Origin: an uncultured Bacteroidales bacterium
GTDB taxonomy: Bacteria > Bacteroidota > Bacteroidia > Bacteroidales > TTA-H9
Direction: 5' to 3'
Length of the DNA stretch: 64,000 nt
NCBI GenBank assembly: GCA_964444785.1
Contig: CAYUII010000010.1
Coordinates: forward strand, 10,025-74,024
Shown here: positions 9,969-19,407 of the stretch, piece by piece
How the letters are laid out: the number at the start of each line of letters is the position of its first letter
How positions within the stretch are numbered: position 1 is the first letter of the stretch
Position numbers and translations under genes: made by a program
Notes under the pieces: generated by a model
Told to the model about the DNA's origin: nothing
What the model saw: only the letters and a program-made list of their open reading frames with translations
Database searches by the model: none

Positions 9969-11765
9969 TTACCCTTCCACATCTGCATCAAATGCAATGC
10001 GAAGCTCATTTAAAACTGGATTTATCTCCATCATTCGACCATACTTTTCCTGAGGTGTCCAGGCTTTAACCTTCGTCTCTTCTTTAGGTTGAACCGAAAT
10101 ATTAAGACTAAGGTATGAGTTCTTAAGCTGTGCTTTTAGAAACCCCAGCAACTCGGGCCGAATCTCATTAATCGCCTCTAAAAGAATTGGATTTTCTACA
10201 GTGTGGACAATATTCTTGTTATCCTGTAGCTGAGGAAGAGATGCAGAAAGAGCCGTATAAAGGCTTATATTTTTCTTATTATCAATTTGGCTTATATAAT
10301 TTTGCCAGGCGAGGATCAATTTATCAGGAGTGACCGGATCATTAAGTAAAACCGCAGGCTCTGGCTCTGTGTCAGAGGCTTCATCCTCTTTGGGAGTAGG
10401 CTGCGTAGGTCTAAGTGAAGGAGCTGTTCTTCCTGTTGGGCCACTATAGGTTGGAACAGGCCTTGCTGTTTGAGGTTGAGGTTGGGGTTGAGAGACTGTT
10501 GGCTGAGGCATCACCGAACTCTGGTTCATTGACTGTTGGGAAGTTGGCGAGGAGGAGGGTTGAGCTGGACGATTAACAGGTTGCTGTGAGGCCATATTGT
10601 TAGGCTGATTGGGTGCTGTTGAGACGGTACTTGCTGATACCGGTTGTTGAGGTTGTATTCCATTGGGAATACCTCCAGCTTCCTGAATCATCTTCAACAA
10701 AGCGACCTCAATATGAAGTCTTTTATTATTGGAGTTTCGATAGGTTATATCGGCCTGATTAGCAATATCCAGAGATCGAAGTAGAAATCTCAGATCACAT
10801 CGAGCCGCTTGACTTGCAAACTGTTGCTTGACCGCACTGGCCACCTCTAGTAATTTAAGCGTTGCTGCATCCGTTGAAATCATGAGTTGACGCAAATGAT
10901 CTCCTAACCCTACAATGAAGTGTTGTCCATCAAATCCATTGCTAATAACCTCATCAAACAAAAGGAGGACTGAAGAGGTCTGGCCGGCAAGAATGGCATC
11001 AACTACTTTAAAGTAATACTCATAATCAAGGACATTAAGGTTCTCAATGACTTTATGATACGTAAGGTTACTTCCGGCATAGGTCACCAATTGATCGAAG
11101 ATAGAGAGCGAATCACGCATCGCACCATCAGCCTTTCTGGCAATAACATGTAAAGCCTCCTGCTCAACTGTTATTCCTTCAGAAGAGGCCACCCACATCA
11201 AATGGTTAACGATATCATCAACGGTTATCCTTTTAAAGTCGTAAATCTGACAACGAGAGAGAATAGTAGGTAAAATCTTATGTTTCTCAGTAGTAGCTAA
11301 GATAAACTTTGCGTAGGCAGGAGGCTCTTCAAGAGTCTTAAGAAAAGCATTAAAAGCAGCTTGAGAAAGCATATGAACCTCATCGATGATATAGACCTTA
11401 AACTTACCATCCTGAGGCGGTATTCTAACCTGATCTATAAGGCTCTTAATATGTTCAACCCCATTATTTGAAGCAGCATCCAACTCATAAATATTGAAAG
11501 AAGAGCTTTGATTAAATGCCTTACACGACTCACAGGTATCGCAGGCTTCCAGTTCAGGAGTCAGATTCTTGCAATTTATGGTTTTTGCCAAGATTCGAGC
11601 ACATGTTGTTTTACCAACCCCTCTGGGTCCTGTGAACAAAAAGGCCTGAGCCAAATGATTACTCTTAATTGCGTTCTTTAATGTAGAGGTGATAGCATGC
11701 TGACCAACAACGGTATTAAACGTTGAGGGTCTATATTTTCTAGCAGATACAACAAAATTATCCAT
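9969..11765 (-). CDS. dnaX: DNA polymerase III subunit gamma/tau
   Basis: N-terminus ARKYRP..F..VVGQ, Walker A GPRGVGKTT, a Zn-module with four Cys (CKNLTPELEACDTCESC), and SRCQ. A long Q/P/S-rich linker precedes the C-terminal tau domain. Confidence 0.95.
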   Translation of the reverse strand: MDNFVVSARKYRPSTFNTVVGQHAITSTLKNAIKSNHLAQAFLFTGPRGVGKTTCARILAKTINCKNLTPELEACDTCESCKAFNQSSSFNIYELDAASNNGVEHIKSLIDQVRIPPQDGKFKVYIIDEVHMLSQAAFNAFLKTLEEPPAYAKFILATTEKHKILPTILSRCQIYDFKRITVDDIVNHLMWVASSEGITVEQEALHVIARKADGAMRDSLSIFDQLVTYAGSNLTYHKVIENLNVLDYEYYFKVVDAILAGQTSSVLLLFDEVISNGFDGQHFIVGLGDHLRQLMISTDAATLKLLEVASAVKQQFASQAARCDLRFLLRSLDIANQADITYRNSNNKRLHIEVALLKMIQEAGGIPNGIQPQQPVSASTVSTAPNQPNNMASQQPVNRPAQPSSSPTSQQSMNQSSVMPQPTVSQPQPQPQTARPVPTYSGPTGRTAPSLRPTQPTPKEDEASDTEPEPAVLLNDPVTPDKLILAWQNYISQIDNKKNISLYTALSASLPQLQDNKNIVHTVENPILLEAINEIRPELLGFLKAQLKNSYLSLNISVQPKEETKVKAWTPQEKYGRMMEINPVLNELRIAFDADVEG

Positions 11766-11895
11766 GTATTTACCTTTGCTGGGTTGTTACTCCAAAAATA
11801 CGAAGAATCATGTGATAAAGGCTGCTTTTTAACCGATCCTCAAAATCCGCAAGAGTGAATTAACCTCCCAAAGAACACCTTTTGAACCATTCAAA

Positions 11896-13236
11896 ATGGT
11901 TATCTTGCACAACAAATTGACCATCATGCTTCTAATTTGGATTTCGACAGAGACTAACAGAACACGCTATATCTTTCGATTAGTGATTAAAGATCTGTTG
12001 GGAATAGATTTTAAGGTAACCACCAATATCGATGAGTTTAAACAGTTTGAAGGAGCAAGGTTATCTTATGGAAAGTTAGCTATTGAGGAGTCTATTCCCC
12101 ACATTCAAAGTGCTGATCTTCTCTTTCTAAGAGGTATTGATTCATTAGATTTTGAAACGAGTCGTTTCAACGAAGCCCCTGTGATCTTTAAGACTTATTC
12201 CAAAAGCTCCATCTTGCCCTATGATATCTTTGCCGCTTCATTCTTTATGGTCAGCCGCTACGAAGAATACTTACCTTACCGTCGCGATGAACATGGCCGA
12301 TTCAGTGCTAAAGAGAGCTTGGCTTGGAGTAAAGGTTTTCTGCAACTCCCTATCGTAAACATTTGGAGTTTACAGCTATTATCCATCCTTAAAAATCTAT
12401 ACCCAAACCTCCCATTCAAAACCCCTGATTACAAATTCGAACCTACGATAGATGTTGATAGTGCCTTTGCCATCCGTCACAAAGGGATGCTTCGCTCCAT
12501 TGGTGGATACGTCAAAGATATCTCAGCTGGTGACCTCCACAACATGATTTATCGCACCAAAGTCATCTCTGGTTCTCTCCCTGATCCATTTGATGTCTTT
12601 GATGAATTACACACCTTACACCAGTCTTTTAACCTCCGCCCCTTCTACTTCATTCTCTACGGAGCTTATGGAATGTATGATAAAAACATCCCTACTAATA
12701 GCGAAAAATTCAAGAGACTAATCAGATGGCTGGCCGACACCGCCGAGGTAGGCATTCATCCCTCTTATGCCAGCAATCGTAACCCAAACATCCTCAAACA
12801 AGAGGTCGATGAATTAAGCTCGGTCTTACACACCTCTGTTATCAGAAGCCGCCAACACTTCCTTAAACTGGAACTGCCCCTCACCTACCGTAACCTGATC
12901 AACCTCGACATTGAACACGATTATACCATGGGCTTTGCGGCCGCCCCAGGATTTAGAGCTGGAATAACCATCCCATTTAAATTCTATGACCTCGATCTTG
13001 ATGCTCCTGGCACCTTGACTATTCATCCTTTCACTCTCATGGATGGTACTATGAAAGACTATCTGAAAATCAACGATGATGAAGTGGTTGATTATACCAC
13101 TGAACTCATTAAAACGGTAAGAGAGTATGGGGGCACATTCGGATTGCTCTGGCACAACGAAACATTCAGTGAAACAGGAAGATGGAAAGGTTGGCGCGAT
13201 ATTTATATCCGCATCTTAAAAGAGGCTGCCGTTTAA
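11896..13236 (+). CDS. Polysaccharide-deacetylase-like protein (conserved hypothetical)
   Basis: 446-aa ORF. An alternative start at 11926 (MLLIWISTETNRTRYIF) is plausible. The C-terminal half resembles NodB/PuuE-type deacetylase-fold proteins common next to housekeeping genes in Bacteroidota. This is a weak motif-level call. Confidence 0.4.
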   Translation: MVILHNKLTIMLLIWISTETNRTRYIFRLVIKDLLGIDFKVTTNIDEFKQFEGARLSYGKLAIEESIPHIQSADLLFLRGIDSLDFETSRFNEAPVIFKTYSKSSILPYDIFAASFFMVSRYEEYLPYRRDEHGRFSAKESLAWSKGFLQLPIVNIWSLQLLSILKNLYPNLPFKTPDYKFEPTIDVDSAFAIRHKGMLRSIGGYVKDISAGDLHNMIYRTKVISGSLPDPFDVFDELHTLHQSFNLRPFYFILYGAYGMYDKNIPTNSEKFKRLIRWLADTAEVGIHPSYASNRNPNILKQEVDELSSVLHTSVIRSRQHFLKLELPLTYRNLINLDIEHDYTMGFAAAPGFRAGITIPFKFYDLDLDAPGTLTIHPFTLMDGTMKDYLKINDDEVVDYTTELIKTVREYGGTFGLLWHNETFSETGRWKGWRDIYIRILKEAAV

Positions 13237-13427
13237 CCTCCCGCCACTCTCAAATCACCCCCCTATTCTTTATAAAACCACATCGTTTGGCTCGTTGTTT
13301 GTAATTTTACCGATGATTATACGTTTTCAATAGTATCTTAGAATCATTTCTAGTTAGATTACAAATGGAGTAGGAATTTAGGCCAATTAGAATTGGCATT
13401 GTCCCTCTTTTAAATAAATGATATAAA

Positions 13428-14393
13428 ATGAAGAGATCAATTGGATTTTTATGGATTGGACTTACCATCCTGAGTCTAACAGGATGCGTTTCACAAAAGA
13501 AGTTTACTGATCTGGAAGGGCGATATAGAGAGTGTACCGACGAGGTAGCCTCATTGAGACAACAACGTCAGGATCTTGAAAACGAAAAGAAAGAACTTAG
13601 CTCTACCAATACCCGCCTTAGGGAAGAGAGCAAGAAGCTTGGAACCGATACTCTTTCTCTTGGTCAGGCTCTTCGTGATGCGAAGTATGATATGGCTAAA
13701 CTGAATAAGAGTCATGATGAGTTATTGGAGGCGATGACCAAGATGCAGAGCGGATCACAAACTGAGTTACAACGTCTCTTGGGTGAATTACAAGTGGCTC
13801 AAGAGAAACTATCTCACAAACAAGACTCGCTACGCTCTTTAGAAAGAGAACTAGCCGGCCGTCAAAAAAGACTCGCTGAATTGGAACGTATGCTTGCCAA
13901 ACAAGACTCTCTCACGATTGCTCTGAGAAAGAAAGTGGCTGATGCCCTCTTAAGTTTTCAAGGGAAAGGACTTACTGTGACCATGAAAAATGGGAAAGTA
14001 TATGTCTCACTCGAAGAGAGTTTACTCTTTAAATCAGGCTCTTATGATGTAGGTACTCGTGGAGAAAGTGCTCTTGAACAGTTGGCTTCCGTCTTAGCTT
14101 CTAATCCTGATATCTCTGTCATGATTGAAGGTCATACAGATAATGTACCCTATAGAGGTTCGGGGCAACTTAAAGACAACTGGGATTTAAGTGTTATGCG
14201 TGCAACCCAAGTGGTTAAAATACTCATGAAAAATAAACTAATTGACCCCTCACGCTTAACTGCTGCCGGACGATCAGAATACCTCCCGCTAACAACCAAT
14301 GCAACTCCTGAAGGCAAAGCATCAAATCGTAGAACCGAGATCATTCTTACCCCAAAACTGGATGAACTCTACAAACTTATTGAAGGAAAATAA
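13428..14393 (+). CDS. OmpA-family lipoprotein with an N-terminal coiled coil
   Basis: Lipobox LSLTGC and a ~150-aa heptad-rich Q/E/L region. The C-terminal OmpA/MotB peptidoglycan-binding motifs are GHTDNVPY, NWDLSVMRA, and NRRTEIIL. Confidence 0.85.
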   Translation: MKRSIGFLWIGLTILSLTGCVSQKKFTDLEGRYRECTDEVASLRQQRQDLENEKKELSSTNTRLREESKKLGTDTLSLGQALRDAKYDMAKLNKSHDELLEAMTKMQSGSQTELQRLLGELQVAQEKLSHKQDSLRSLERELAGRQKRLAELERMLAKQDSLTIALRKKVADALLSFQGKGLTVTMKNGKVYVSLEESLLFKSGSYDVGTRGESALEQLASVLASNPDISVMIEGHTDNVPYRGSGQLKDNWDLSVMRATQVVKILMKNKLIDPSRLTAAGRSEYLPLTTNATPEGKASNRRTEIILTPKLDELYKLIEGK

Positions 14394-14419
14394 CTCCTCT
14401 TTATAGCCCCAAACTCTTG

Positions 14420-14543
14420 ACCTGTTCGCTCCCTCTCCGCTCCCTCTCCATATAAAGCTCTATCTTATCCGAAAAAAAAAGTAGAAGAAAATAGTTTTAA
14501 ACGAAAAAAGAGCGAAGAGCGAGCGCAGAGCGAGCGAACAGGT
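14420..14543. repeat. Short (internally deleted?) member of the CT/GA-armed inverted-repeat element family
   Basis: The left arm acctgttcg|ctccctctccg|ctccctctccatat (14420-14453) faces the right arm gagcgaagagcgagcgcagagcgagcgaacaggt (14510-14543). The outer 12 bp are perfect, followed by regularly spaced C-C mismatches. The spacer is A-rich and 56 nt long. Confidence 0.7.
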
Positions 14544-14618
14544 AATAGGTAACGCCTAAAGATCAACCCCGTTTAATAATCACCCTTTAGATCAACCAAC
14601 CTTATACAATAGGGTTTA

Positions 14619-15284
14619 CTACCCCTCTATAGCCTGGTTTAGAAAATGAATAAACGGCACCATCGCTGTAAATGGCTCTATTGCTAAAGCAACAAGATCG
14701 GCGGATGCAATCTCTGCATCAGACAAAGATAGACCTGTAACAAAATGCTTCTTCTTCAAAACCTCTATCCCTTCGAAATCTGGAGAATATCCCTTTGGTG
14801 GTCTACTCAATGAATCCCCCATATCCATTAACTCCGGGTAGAACTTCATGAACTTTTTGTTATTGACTATCTTCTCAAAATCACCCCAGTTATAAAAGAT
14901 CTCTTGACGCAAGGCCTTAAGATTCTCCGGAGATGGACCATATACACCTCCTCCAATAAATGATTTACCAGGCTCAAGATGTAGATAATAACCCCCAAAA
15001 GGGCTCTTTTTCCCTCCTCGAGTAAAGAAAAGTCCGGCATGTGATTTATAGGGATCCTTATTATTGCTAAACCTTATATCCCGATTTATCCTAAAGATAC
15101 AATCTGAAGGAGTTAATGCCCCCAATAAGGGATCAACTTTTTGTAACTCCTTAATAAGACTTGAGACCAACTCAACCTGTAACTTCTTTATCTTTTCATA
15201 CCACTCCTTGTTAGCTTGAAACCATTCCCGGTAATTATTCTCAGCCAAAGCCCTATAAAAGGCTAATATTTCTTCACCAATCAT
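14619..15284 (-). CDS. DUF2461 (TIGR02453) family protein
   Basis: ORF 14619..15476. The conserved family start is MIGEEILAFYRALAENNYREWFQANK (cat at 15282-15284), and it contains the internal RINRDIRFS motif typical of TIGR02453. Confidence 0.75.
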   Translation of the reverse strand: MIGEEILAFYRALAENNYREWFQANKEWYEKIKKLQVELVSSLIKELQKVDPLLGALTPSDCIFRINRDIRFSNNKDPYKSHAGLFFTRGGKKSPFGGYYLHLEPGKSFIGGGVYGPSPENLKALRQEIFYNWGDFEKIVNNKKFMKFYPELMDMGDSLSRPPKGYSPDFEGIEVLKKKHFVTGLSLSDAEIASADLVALAIEPFTAMVPFIHFLNQAIEG

Positions 15285-15398
15285 AACGGATGTTTTGTGC
15301 AAAAATAAGCCATGAAGCAATAACCGTAAGTAAAAATACCAAAATTCTACTCCATCAGAGGAAATTACAATACTACTTTTAAGGCAAACTAACCCCTT

Positions 15399-16226
15399 AT
15401 GAAGTCTCTTCCTTTTTGGATATACATACTTATTTGGATAATAATCCTTTTGCATCCATATAGTCTGTTCTCTCAATCTGCCCCCAAGCTTTTAGGTGCT
15501 GCAACTGCTGCTCTGGCTATGAATGATGCAACTTCAACCGGGGTTTGGTCAGTCGATGGCAACCCTGCGGGCATAGCCACTGAGCCTCTCTCAGTTGGGA
15601 TTGGAGTAAATAACCACTTCTGCGAAAGTAGCATGTCAGTAAAAGGTATTGCCGCTATTATTCCTATCGCAAATACCCGCCTTGGCCTTTTGTACTCTCA
15701 TTTCGGAGAGGCTCTCCTATCAGAACAGCATCTAGGGTTATCAATGGCTCGTCTATTCAGCAAATTGCAAGTAGGAATATCAGGGCACCTCTACTCACGC
15801 CAATCTTCGGAAGCAGCCATTCCAAATCGTCTCGCAGTTGGCTTCTCTTTAGGGGTCATGGCTCCCATAAACAAGAAACTCTCTGTTGGAATTGCCTCTG
15901 ATAACCCTATCGCCATGTATTGGAACGATCCAGGTAATGAGGCTTTAACTCAAAGAATAACCCTCGGAATTCTCTGGCAAATGCGACCAGACTGGAACAC
16001 CCAACTGGCTGTCGAAAAACAAACAAATTGGCCTTTAAATATTAAAATAGGCCTAGAGTTTCAGCCAGCAAAGAGACTCTCTCTTAGACTAGGCTATTCA
16101 TCTGAACCAGCCTCCATCCACTTTGGCACAGGCCTCAACTGGAATCACTTCTCCTTAAACCTGGCAACGCTATACCAAACAACCACCGGTCTATCCCCTC
16201 AAATAGCTATCCAATGGAATAAGTAA
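15399..16226 (+). CDS. Putative outer-membrane beta-barrel protein
   Basis: Signal peptide MKSLPFWIYILIWIIILLHPYSLFSQ. The rest shows an alternating hydrophobic beta-strand pattern and an NPAGIA-type motif as seen in PorP/PorQ-like barrels. The family assignment is uncertain. Confidence 0.45.
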   Translation: MKSLPFWIYILIWIIILLHPYSLFSQSAPKLLGAATAALAMNDATSTGVWSVDGNPAGIATEPLSVGIGVNNHFCESSMSVKGIAAIIPIANTRLGLLYSHFGEALLSEQHLGLSMARLFSKLQVGISGHLYSRQSSEAAIPNRLAVGFSLGVMAPINKKLSVGIASDNPIAMYWNDPGNEALTQRITLGILWQMRPDWNTQLAVEKQTNWPLNIKIGLEFQPAKRLSLRLGYSSEPASIHFGTGLNWNHFSLNLATLYQTTTGLSPQIAIQWNK

Positions 16227-16253
16227 ATACACAACCAACACGTACTAACCCAA

Positions 16254-18395
16254 ATGTTGAAACTAAGAAGCACCATACTTGGTTTATTGCTCCCGATGGT
16301 CACCGTAAATTGCCTTTGTCAGGAGATCCCTTCCTCTATCCGAAATAAGGCCGAACTACTGCTTGAAGAGGAAAACGAAAGAGACCTGGAGACAGCAAAC
16401 ACCAATCAACTACTCGACGAATTAGCCGTCCAATTTTCACACCCGATAGCCCTAAATCAAATAAGAGCTAATGAGATACTATCATTACCCTTCCTTAGTC
16501 GAAATCAAGCCATTGAACTAATGAAATACCGTGAAACATACGGAAGGATACTATCAGTTAATGAACTATTGCTCATTCCGGGATTCGATTCAACAACAGT
16601 AAATCAAATTGCTCAAATCATAACCCTTGATGAAATAGAGCAATCTACTCCACTAATGAAACGGCTATTCTCTAACATTAAGAATCAAGCAGAACTGCGG
16701 TGGTCACAGAATCTCTCTCCGCCTATTGGATATCACCCGGCAAGTGATTCAACTAACTATCGATACGCAGGGTATTACCCCGGAATAGCTGCGGGACGAA
16801 GGTTCAAATATACCCTTAGTTCGCCGGGCGGACTGGCAATTGGTTTGACAGCGGAGAACGATGCGGGAGAGCCTTTTCGCTTTGAGAAGGGTCAACTCGG
16901 GTTTGACTTTATATCTGGTTATATTCAGGTAACGGGTAGAAAAGTAATTAAACGCATTTTACTGGGTGATTATTCATTGAGTCTTGGTCAAGGTTTAGCA
17001 GCGTGGACTGGCTTTTCTTTCCGAAAAGGGGGATATGATGAACGTGTTTGGAAAAGAGGTAAAGCAATAAAACCTTACACTTCAGGTGATGGGAACCTAT
17101 TCTTACGTGGAGGAGCAATAGAGTTAAACCACAAAAGAGTGAACCTTACGCTATACTCCTCCATTCGAGCGATTGATGGAAGAATATATACTGATGACAC
17201 ATTAAACTATCCGGTAATTAGCGAAGGAACGACTGGATTGCACCGCACCAAATCAGAGAGAGAGAGACGAGGAATTGTCAATCAGTTTATTTATGGAGCA
17301 GATCTCTCTTACCTCGTAAATAGCAGTGCCATTGGTATCACTTTCATCACAACCGAGTTCTCTGCGCCACCCGCTCCAACAATAGAACTGTATAGAATCT
17401 ATTCAAAGACAAAACAATTTAACAAAAACTACTCTCTACATTACCTCTTTATTGGAAAAAGAATAACCCTATTTGGGGAGGTAGCTCTGTCTGAGCCTAA
17501 CGGACTGGCTTTTATAATTGGGAATACCACAGAGACCCCATTTAATGGAATTCTTAATATGGTTTACCGTAACTATAATCTACATTACAGTGCTCCTATA
17601 TCCAATGGATTTGGAGAGAATAGCCACAATAATAACGAGAGAGGATTCTTTCTAAGTTGGGGATTTAAACCCACACCAAGTCTTAACCTATCTCTCTCCT
17701 CCGATGTCTACAAGACAAGCTGGATCGCATATAGAACAGATTTTCCTAGCAATGGCAAGGAGTATACCATAAAAGCAACATGGCAACCTCTCAAGGAAAT
17801 AGGAATTTCTTTACGATTCAGAGGTGAAGATAAAACCATGAATTCCTCTTCATCATCCACTGAAATCTTAGCTGAGCCTACCTCATCAAGGCGAACCACT
17901 ATCTCATCAAGAATAGACTTCAAACACTCCGAAAATCTAAAATTTTGCACTCGTCTTGAGTGGAAAGAGAGCGAAACAGGTGGCAAGTCCAAAGAAGGAA
18001 CCGCACTAGGTCAGAGTATAACGTACACCTACAATAAACTATCTATCACCCTCTCCACCCTGTTATTCACAAGTCTCTCCTATGAAGTGCGCAGCTCATT
18101 ATCTGAACCAGAAATCCAGGGAAACTTCACTATTCCGGGTTTAATTGGAGAGGGATATAGAAACAGTATCTTAATCAAATGGAAATACCATTCTATTAAC
18201 CTTAACTTAAAATATAGCCATGCCCAGTTGCATCATTCTCAATGTAACACAGACTCTCCCGATTCCTATATTACCCCTACGAGAGACAGTTTCACTCTAC
18301 AAATTATATACAAATCGAGGAGAAAAACAGGGAAAGCTAACGCTCAAACAGACGCCCCTGCCAGGTATCTCTTTGAGCCAAGCGATCCTCAATAG
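16254..18395 (+). CDS. Secreted helix-hairpin-helix (ComEA-like) domain protein with a large beta-rich, outer-membrane-like C-terminal region
   Basis: Signal peptide. Residues ~60-125 (LNQIRANEILSLPFLSRNQAIELMKYRETYGRILSVNELLLIPGFDSTTVNQI) follow the ComEA tandem-HhH pattern. They are followed by ~550 aa of amphipathic beta-strand-like sequence. Confidence 0.6.
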   Translation: MLKLRSTILGLLLPMVTVNCLCQEIPSSIRNKAELLLEEENERDLETANTNQLLDELAVQFSHPIALNQIRANEILSLPFLSRNQAIELMKYRETYGRILSVNELLLIPGFDSTTVNQIAQIITLDEIEQSTPLMKRLFSNIKNQAELRWSQNLSPPIGYHPASDSTNYRYAGYYPGIAAGRRFKYTLSSPGGLAIGLTAENDAGEPFRFEKGQLGFDFISGYIQVTGRKVIKRILLGDYSLSLGQGLAAWTGFSFRKGGYDERVWKRGKAIKPYTSGDGNLFLRGGAIELNHKRVNLTLYSSIRAIDGRIYTDDTLNYPVISEGTTGLHRTKSERERRGIVNQFIYGADLSYLVNSSAIGITFITTEFSAPPAPTIELYRIYSKTKQFNKNYSLHYLFIGKRITLFGEVALSEPNGLAFIIGNTTETPFNGILNMVYRNYNLHYSAPISNGFGENSHNNNERGFFLSWGFKPTPSLNLSLSSDVYKTSWIAYRTDFPSNGKEYTIKATWQPLKEIGISLRFRGEDKTMNSSSSSTEILAEPTSSRRTTISSRIDFKHSENLKFCTRLEWKESETGGKSKEGTALGQSITYTYNKLSITLSTLLFTSLSYEVRSSLSEPEIQGNFTIPGLIGEGYRNSILIKWKYHSINLNLKYSHAQLHHSQCNTDSPDSYITPTRDSFTLQIIYKSRRKTGKANAQTDAPARYLFEPSDPQ

Positions 18396-19284
18396 CCCGA
18401 GCCACCTCATCGGCTCTGATCTTACCCCATTGAGGCGCGATAACAAAACGAGGCGGGGCCTCTCCTGAGAAGCGCTCAATTACAAATTCAGAATTAAGCC
18501 GCTCGGTAAAATCAACCACAAACTCATAATACTCATCTGGAGTAAACAGGTCATATTCATTTGGATTAAGCTCATAATCCCGCTGCATAAGCGTACCCTG
18601 AATAATCTGGAGTTGATGAAATTTAATGGTATCTAAAGGCAAAGAAGATACTATCTCTGCTTCTGCAAGCATTTCCTCACGGGACTCGCCCGGCAATCCA
18701 AAGATCAGATGAGCTCCAACATGAATTCCTCGTGCAGCACTCTCTTTGATGGCCCATTGAGCTGTTTCGAAAGAGTGACCACGATTAATCCTATCAAGCG
18801 TTTTATTGTAACATGACTCTATTCCATATTCAAGAATAACATAATATTTCTGTGCCAAGGAGGCAAAAAAATCTAGCTTTTCTTCATCCACACAATCGGG
18901 CCGTGTACCGATGACCAAACCAATAACTCCATCCATACTCAAAGCCTCGGTATAGAGTCTTTTAAGTTGGTCAAGAGGAGCATAGGTATTACTAAACGCC
19001 TGAAAATAGGCCAGATATTCAACAGCTCTTCGGTACCTCCATGAATGGAACTCCTTGCCTTCCATGAGTTGTTGAGACACCCCCTTAGTAGGAATGCAAT
19101 AGGAAGGGTTAAAGGCATCATTATTGCAGTAAGTGCAACCACCATGACCCACTTTTCCATCACGATTAGGGCATGTAAATCCGGCATCTACAGATAGCTT
19201 TTGCACCCGACGGCCAAAAACCCTTTTAAAGTACTCATTGTAATTATTATACCTTCTATTACCAAAGAATTGTGTTTGCTTCAT
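18337..19284 (-). CDS. TIGR01212-family radical SAM protein
   Basis: CPNRDGKVGHGGCTYCNN cluster motif and the ~315-aa length typical of the YtqA/YhcC family. Confidence 0.85.
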   Translation of the reverse strand: MKQTQFFGNRRYNNYNEYFKRVFGRRVQKLSVDAGFTCPNRDGKVGHGGCTYCNNDAFNPSYCIPTKGVSQQLMEGKEFHSWRYRRAVEYLAYFQAFSNTYAPLDQLKRLYTEALSMDGVIGLVIGTRPDCVDEEKLDFFASLAQKYYVILEYGIESCYNKTLDRINRGHSFETAQWAIKESAARGIHVGAHLIFGLPGESREEMLAEAEIVSSLPLDTIKFHQLQIIQGTLMQRDYELNPNEYDLFTPDEYYEFVVDFTERLNSEFVIERFSGEAPPRFVIAPQWGKIRADEVARAIEDRLAQRDTWQGRLFER

Positions 19285-19362
19285 TTTGCAAAGCTAATCA
19301 GAGATTATATAACAACCCTCATACTAACCCATCAAACCAACCGACAACACCCTACACCTAAT

Positions 19363-19391
19363 CAAAAAAAAAGGGCTGCTTGCGCAGCCCT
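19363..19391 (-). terminator. Rho-independent terminator of the POT transporter gene
   Basis: agggctgc (19372-19379) pairs with gcagccct (19384-19391), a perfect 8-bp GC-rich stem with a 4-nt loop. On the minus strand a run of 9-10 T follows. Confidence 0.8.
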
Positions 19392-19407
19392 AAGTCATAA
19401 GACTCTA

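Noticed and set aside
9969-11765. A programmed -1 frameshift site (A AAA AAG type) in dnaX that would produce a gamma subunit, and the long Q/P/S-rich linker as an anomaly
   Set aside because: I found no slippery heptamer in the appropriate region of the minus strand. Low-complexity linkers between domains III and IV of tau are common.
15285-15476. N-terminal extensions of track ORFs. Examples: DUF2461 at 15285-15476, nadC at 23096-23221, the anti-sigma candidate at 21656-21772, corA, pheS, lpxC-fabZ, YfhO, and KdsC.
   Set aside because: The conserved family N-termini begin at internal ATGs. The extensions are hydrophobic or odd, overlap neighbouring genes or promoters, and several begin at non-ATG codons.
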